DNA of 40,701 nt from an uncultured Eubacteriales bacterium (GTDB taxonomy: Bacteria; Bacillota; Clostridia; Oscillospirales; Oscillospiraceae): contig URWG01000001.1 of assembly GCA_900551495.1 (NCBI GenBank), positions 1 to 40,701 of the forward strand, given 5' to 3'. Position numbers and translations under genes: made by a program. Below, in pieces: positions 36,559 through 40,701 of the stretch. The notes below the pieces were generated by a model that saw only the letters and a list, made by a program, of their open reading frames with translations, made no database searches and was not told the origin of the DNA. Each line of letters starts with the position of its first letter. The first letter of the stretch is position 1.

Positions 36559-36587
36559 TTGACAAACCGCGTATTCTTGCGTATATT
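36559..36587 (+). promoter_or_regulatory. sigma-A promoter for HPr
   Basis: TTGACA (36559-36564), 17 nt, TATATT (36582-36587). Confidence 0.75.
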
Positions 36588-36635
36588 ATCATATAGTATT
36601 TCGCAATCGACAGCGAAACCGAAGGAGTGACAATC

Positions 36636-36896
36636 GTGTACACAGAAAAAACCGTTGTAACGTGTGAATCGGGACTGCATAACAAGCAGGCAACATATTT
36701 CATTCAGAAGGCGAACGAATTCCGTTCGAGCATTTGGATTGAAGCGGACGACCGCAAGATCAATGCCAAGAGTCTGCTCGGTGTCCTCTCCATGGGGATT
36801 ACCACCGGTACGGAGATCAGCCTCATCGCCGAAGGACCCGACGAGGAAGCTGCGGTCAAGTCCCTTGCCGCAATGCTTGTGAAGGACGTATACTGA
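36636..36896 (+). CDS. ptsH: HPr family phosphocarrier protein
   Basis: GLH (His15 equivalent), INAKSLLGVLSMG (Ser46 equivalent), AEGPDEEAA; GTG 36636 after AAGGAG. Confidence 0.88.
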   Translation: MYTEKTVVTCESGLHNKQATYFIQKANEFRSSIWIEADDRKINAKSLLGVLSMGITTGTEISLIAEGPDEEAAVKSLAAMLVKDVY

Positions 36897-36914
36897 ATCG
36901 TTTCCTGAAACGCT

Positions 36915-36949
36915 GCTGTCCCAAACGCCCGCGTTTGGGACAGCTTTTT
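36915..36949 (+). terminator. Rho-independent terminator after HPr
   Basis: GCTGTCCCAAACG/CGTTTGGGACAGC stem + TTTTT. Confidence 0.85.
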
Positions 36950-36995
36950 CACGCTGATACAGATTCTGGTATGACACTTTGAACGGGTGAGGCTT

Positions 36996-38813
36996 ATGAC
37001 ACGCGAGGAATTAAAGACGGCGGCGCTGTCGCTGCCCTATGAGCCGGGCGTCTATCTGATGAAGGATGTCGCCGACACGGTGATCTATGTCGGCAAGGCG
37101 AAAAAACTGAAAAATCGCGTTTCGCAGTATTTTCAGGATACCGCGTCGCATAACGCCAAGACCCGCCGCATGGTCTCGCAGGTCGATCACTTTGAGACGA
37201 TCACGGCGGCGACCGAATTTGAGGCGCTGGTGCTGGAGTGCTCGCTCATCAAGCACTATATGCCGAAATATAATATCCTGCTCAAGGACGACAAGGGCTA
37301 TCCGTACCTGCGCATTGACCTGCGTGAGCCGTATCCCGAGTTCACGCTGGCAAGCCGTGCGGTTGACGACGGTGCGCTGTATTTCGGACCCTACGGCGGG
37401 CGCGGTCGGACGCAGCAGGTGATCCGCACCATCCGCACGGCGCTTCGGCTGCCGCGCTGCGGAAGGAAATTCCCGCGAGAAATCGGTAAGGAGCGTCCCT
37501 GCCTGAACCTACAGATGAATCTCTGCGACGGCTGGTGCCGTCCCGAAAAAACGCAGGGGGAGTATCGACGGCTGATCGACCAGGGTGTTGCGCTCCTGCA
37601 GGGAAAGCACAAGGAGCTGTCCCGCACGCTTAGGACACAGATGGAGCAGGCAGCGGAGCGGCTGGAATTTGAACAGGCTGCGCAGCTTCGCGACCGCGTT
37701 AATGCAATCGAGCTGCTGTCCCAGCGCCAGCTCGTCACCGCCGCGACGATGGCGGATACCGACGTGATCGGCTGGTACTCGACGGAGGCAAAGTCCTGCT
37801 TTGCGGTGCTGCATTTTGTCCGTGGCAACCTGATGGACAAGGACTACGAGCTTCTGAATCTTCCCGAGGACGAGGGCGAGGCGATCTCGTCGCTTTTGAA
37901 GCAGTATTACCTGCGGCGCGGCGCGGCACCGAAGCGGATCTTGCTTCCGTGCGCGATCGACGACGCGGAGCTGTTTGCGCAGCTCCTGCTGGAAAAGCTG
38001 AATCGGCAGGTCCGCATTTTTACCCCACAGCGCGGAAACAGCCGCAAGCTGATCGAGCTTGCGAACAAGAATGCCCGCGAGGAAGCCGAACGCGCCACCT
38101 CCGCCGCCGAACGGATCAGCGGAACGCTGTCGCTGCTCGGCACGATGCTTTGCCTTCCCGAAGCGCCGCGCCGCTTGGAGGCATACGACATTTCCAACAT
38201 TGCGGGCACGGACATCGTTGCCTCCATGGTGGTTTTTGCGGACGGCAAGCCGAAAAAGAGCGATTACAAGCGCTTTAAGCTCGAAAATATGGACGATCAG
38301 GACGATTACGCTTCCATGCGGCAGGTGCTGACCCGCCGCTTTCGGCACTATCTCGACGGAGACAAGGGGTTTGACGAGCGTCCGGATGCGCTGCTGATCG
38401 ACGGCGGCGTGGTGCACGCGCAGACCGTGGCGCAGGCGCTGGCGGAGTTAGGGCTTTCCGTACCGATTTTCGGCATGGTCAAGGACGACCGCCACCGCAC
38501 CCGCGCACTGGTCACCCCTGACGGCGCGGAGATCGGGATTCAAACCGTCCCCGCCGTATTTGCCCTGATCGGCAGGATTCAGGAGGAGACACACCGCTTT
38601 GCCATCACCTACCACCGCACCCTCCGCAGCAAGCGCGTAAAAGGCTCGCAGCTGGACGAGATTGAGGGAATCGGCGAGAAGCGGCGGATGGCGCTGCTCA
38701 AACGCTTCGGCTCTCTCGGCGCAATACGGGAGGCGAGCGTGGAGCAGCTTGCGACCTTACTGCCGCTGCCGACGGCAAGGGCGGTTTACGACCATTTTCA
38801 CCCACAGGAGTAA
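36996..38813 (+). CDS. uvrC: Excinuclease ABC subunit C
   Basis: LPYEPGVYLM..IYVGKAKKLKNRVSQYF (GIY-YIG), YDISNI, DDYASM, IDGG, C-terminal HhH IEGIGEKR. Confidence 0.97.
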   Translation: MTREELKTAALSLPYEPGVYLMKDVADTVIYVGKAKKLKNRVSQYFQDTASHNAKTRRMVSQVDHFETITAATEFEALVLECSLIKHYMPKYNILLKDDKGYPYLRIDLREPYPEFTLASRAVDDGALYFGPYGGRGRTQQVIRTIRTALRLPRCGRKFPREIGKERPCLNLQMNLCDGWCRPEKTQGEYRRLIDQGVALLQGKHKELSRTLRTQMEQAAERLEFEQAAQLRDRVNAIELLSQRQLVTAATMADTDVIGWYSTEAKSCFAVLHFVRGNLMDKDYELLNLPEDEGEAISSLLKQYYLRRGAAPKRILLPCAIDDAELFAQLLLEKLNRQVRIFTPQRGNSRKLIELANKNAREEAERATSAAERISGTLSLLGTMLCLPEAPRRLEAYDISNIAGTDIVASMVVFADGKPKKSDYKRFKLENMDDQDDYASMRQVLTRRFRHYLDGDKGFDERPDALLIDGGVVHAQTVAQALAELGLSVPIFGMVKDDRHRTRALVTPDGAEIGIQTVPAVFALIGRIQEETHRFAITYHRTLRSKRVKGSQLDEIEGIGEKRRMALLKRFGSLGAIREASVEQLATLLPLPTARAVYDHFHPQE

Positions 38814-38816
38814 AGC

Positions 38817-39368
38817 ATGAGAGTTATTACCGGAACGGCACGCGGAACAAATCTGAAGGCACCCGACGGGCTTCTGACCCGTCCGACCGCGGACCGTGTG
38901 AAGCAGGCGCTGTTCAACATCATTCAATATGAGATCGTCGGGGACGTTCTTGACCTCTTTGCCGGCTCCGGTCAGCTCGGCATCGAGGCGCTCAGCCGCG
39001 GCGCGAGTCATGCCGTTTTCGTGGACGAGCGTGCCGATGCGCTGGCGGTCGTGCGCGAGAATCTGCGCCGCACGCATCTTGCCGAAAAAGCGCAGGTCGT
39101 CCGCGCGGATTACCTGAGTTACCTCGACGGGTGCTCAAAACGCTTCCGAATCATCTTTTTAGACCCGCCTTACGCAGAAAAATATTTGGAAAATGCAATA
39201 AAACGCATCTCGGAAATTGACATTTTGGCGGAAGGTGGTATAATTGTATCGGAACGCCCCGCAGATAAGCCGCTCGGCGATGATTTTTGCGGGCTGGTGC
39301 GCTCGAAGGACTATGTTTACGGCAAGACGGCGATCGCCCTCTTCCGCCGCGAAAAGGACACGGAATGA
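38817..39368 (+). CDS. rsmD: 16S rRNA m2G966 methyltransferase RsmD
   Basis: MRVITGTARG, TRPTADRVKQALFN, LDLFAGSGQLGIEALSRGA, FLDPPY. Confidence 0.95.
   Translation: MRVITGTARGTNLKAPDGLLTRPTADRVKQALFNIIQYEIVGDVLDLFAGSGQLGIEALSRGASHAVFVDERADALAVVRENLRRTHLAEKAQVVRADYLSYLDGCSKRFRIIFLDPPYAEKYLENAIKRISEIDILAEGGIIVSERPADKPLGDDFCGLVRSKDYVYGKTAIALFRREKDTE
39217..39244 (+). promoter_or_regulatory. Consensus sigma-A promoter inside rsmD, upstream of coaD
   Basis: TTGACA (39217-39222), 16 nt, TGgTATAAT (39236-39244), with an AT-rich upstream patch. Confidence 0.75.
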
Positions 39369-39853
39369 AGATTGCGGTTTACCCGGGCAGCTTTGACCCG
39401 ATCACGAAAGGGCATCTGAATATCATCGAGCGTGCCGCACGCCTGTTTGACCGCGTGATCGTCTGCGTGATGGTCAATTGCGAGAAGCACCCGCTGTTCA
39501 CGCTGGAGGAGCGCGAGGCACACCTGCGCCGCGTTACCGCCCGCCTCCCGAACGTGACGGTGGACAGTCATGACGGGCTGCTTGCCGAGTACGCCGAGGC
39601 GCACGGCTGCTGTACGATCATCAAGGGGCTTCGCGCCGGCTCGGACTTCGAAAAAGAGTTTCAGATGGCGATGATTAACCGTAAGCTGAATCCGAATTTG
39701 GATTCCCTGTTTTTGACCGCGGAGCACCAGTTTATGTACCTCAGCTCCAGCGCGGTGAAGGAAATGGGCTATTACGGCGCGGATCTGAGCGATTTTCTCC
39801 CCGCTGAGATTATGGGAGAGTTTTATGAAAGAATCAGAAATACAGTAAAATAA
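39365..39853 (+). CDS. coaD: Phosphopantetheine adenylyltransferase
   Basis: MKIAVYPGSFDPITKGHLNII, KGLRAGSDFE, LSSSAVKE; ATGA overlap with rsmD. Confidence 0.96.
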   Translation: MKIAVYPGSFDPITKGHLNIIERAARLFDRVIVCVMVNCEKHPLFTLEEREAHLRRVTARLPNVTVDSHDGLLAEYAEAHGCCTIIKGLRAGSDFEKEFQMAMINRKLNPNLDSLFLTAEHQFMYLSSSAVKEMGYYGADLSDFLPAEIMGEFYERIRNTVK

Positions 39854-39867
39854 CAGGAGGCACTACT

Positions 39868-40383
39868 ATGAACGAACATGGCATTGAGGAACTGATCGGC
39901 ACCTTATATGCGTTGATCCAGGACGCTAAGAATGTTCCCTTCAGCGGCGAGAAGTGCGCCGTCGAGCGCGAGCGCGCGCTTGATCTGCTGGATGAGATCT
40001 CCAATAAGCTCCCCAGCGAGCTGAAGCAGGCAAAAACCATCGTCGAGTCCCGCAACGAGCTGGTCACCAGCGCAAAGCGCGAGGCAGAGGGCATTTTGAA
40101 GTCCGCACAGGCACAGGCTCGTCAGCTCGTTTCGAACGAAGCGGTCTATCAGGAAGCCCGCACGCAAGCCAACGAGATGGTCCGCGCCGCGCAGGAGAAG
40201 ATCAAGGAGCTGAAGCAGGTCACGAACGACTATGTGGACGACTCCCTCCGCCGCACGGAGGAAGCGGTCGCCGAGGCGCTGTCGCAGATTCGCGACTCCC
40301 GCTCCAAGTTCCGCGCCATCACCGCGCCGCAGACGCGTCAGGCGCCCGCGCAGACCGAATCGCCGATCATCGAGGATATTTAA
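39868..40383 (+). CDS. Conserved coiled-coil protein downstream of coaD (DivIVA/SepIVA-like; often annotated ATPase subunit-like)
   Basis: AKNVPFS..LDLLDEI...LPSELKQA..A..EA..I...A heptads; rsmD-coaD synteny. Confidence 0.7.
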   Translation: MNEHGIEELIGTLYALIQDAKNVPFSGEKCAVERERALDLLDEISNKLPSELKQAKTIVESRNELVTSAKREAEGILKSAQAQARQLVSNEAVYQEARTQANEMVRAAQEKIKELKQVTNDYVDDSLRRTEEAVAEALSQIRDSRSKFRAITAPQTRQAPAQTESPIIEDI

Positions 40384-40392
40384 CCAATATTT

Positions 40393-40427
40393 AACAGGTC
40401 AGTTCTTCTCGGAATTGACCTGTTTTT
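40393..40427 (+). terminator. Rho-independent terminator
   Basis: AACAGGTCAGTTC/GAATTGACCTGTT stem followed by a T-run. Confidence 0.7.
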
Positions 40428-40442
40428 CAAACGGAGGTAATT

Positions 40443-40701
40443 ATGGATTATTTGGAACGCTATCATGAATGGCTGAATTCCGCGCCGCTCACAGCCGGCG
40501 ACCGCGAACGGCTTGCGGCGGCGGAGCACGATGCCGACGAGCTGAAATCCGCCTTCGGTGCGGAGCTTGCCTTCGGCACGGCGGGAATTCGCGGCATTAT
40601 GGGGCTTGGCACCAACCGCTTGAACGAGTTCACCGTTCGCCGCACGGCGCAGGGCCTTGCCGCATGGCTGACCTCGACGGAGCTGCCGCAGCGCTGCGCC
40701 A
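40443..40701 (+). CDS. Phospho-sugar mutase (PGM/PMM), N-terminal part, truncated by the window end
   Basis: MDYLERYHEWL..ELAFGTAGIRGIMGLGTNRLNEFTVRRTAQGLA; RBS GGAGG; open to the window edge. Confidence 0.88.
   Translation, partial: MDYLERYHEWLNSAPLTAGDRERLAAAEHDADELKSAFGAELAFGTAGIRGIMGLGTNRLNEFTVRRTAQGLAAWLTSTELPQRCA

Overview
A 40.7-kb chromosomal window from a spore-forming Clostridia-type firmicute (Oscillospiraceae-like by gene content; inference). Four parts. (1) 181-5213: a secreted GH25 lysozyme-like protein with five Ig-like repeats, then a promoter-led, translationally coupled cassette of stand-alone PqqD/RRE + S24/S26 peptidase + NTP_transf_5-type nucleotidyltransferase. No precursor peptide or cyclase is visible. 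(2) 5221-22342: a Wzx/Wzy surface-polysaccharide locus that reads on directly from that cassette. It encodes an AATGal-type starter pathway (frameshifted CapD/PglF dehydratase, WcfR/AatB-like aminotransferase, phosphoglycosyl transferase), a TagD-like cytidylyltransferase, three GTs, Wzy, Wzx and rfbA. It also carries two paralogous [FrhB-like Fe-S protein + LicD + deacetylase-fold] modules and no pyruvyl transferase. (3) 22336-27607: TIGR03960 radical SAM and TIGR03936 genes (the apparent fusion is caused by a frameshift), a small Cys/acidic ORF, galE, a 252-bp MITE-like insertion that duplicated a 30-bp terminator hairpin, and an XRE-TPR regulator. (4) 27627-40701: sporulation and housekeeping genes (ylbJ, yqfC, yqfD, phoH, ybeY, GNAT, era, yqzL, recO, mutS2, HPr, uvrC, rsmD, coaD, SepIVA-like, partial phosphohexomutase). 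All calls come from motif recognition by eye; no searches were run.
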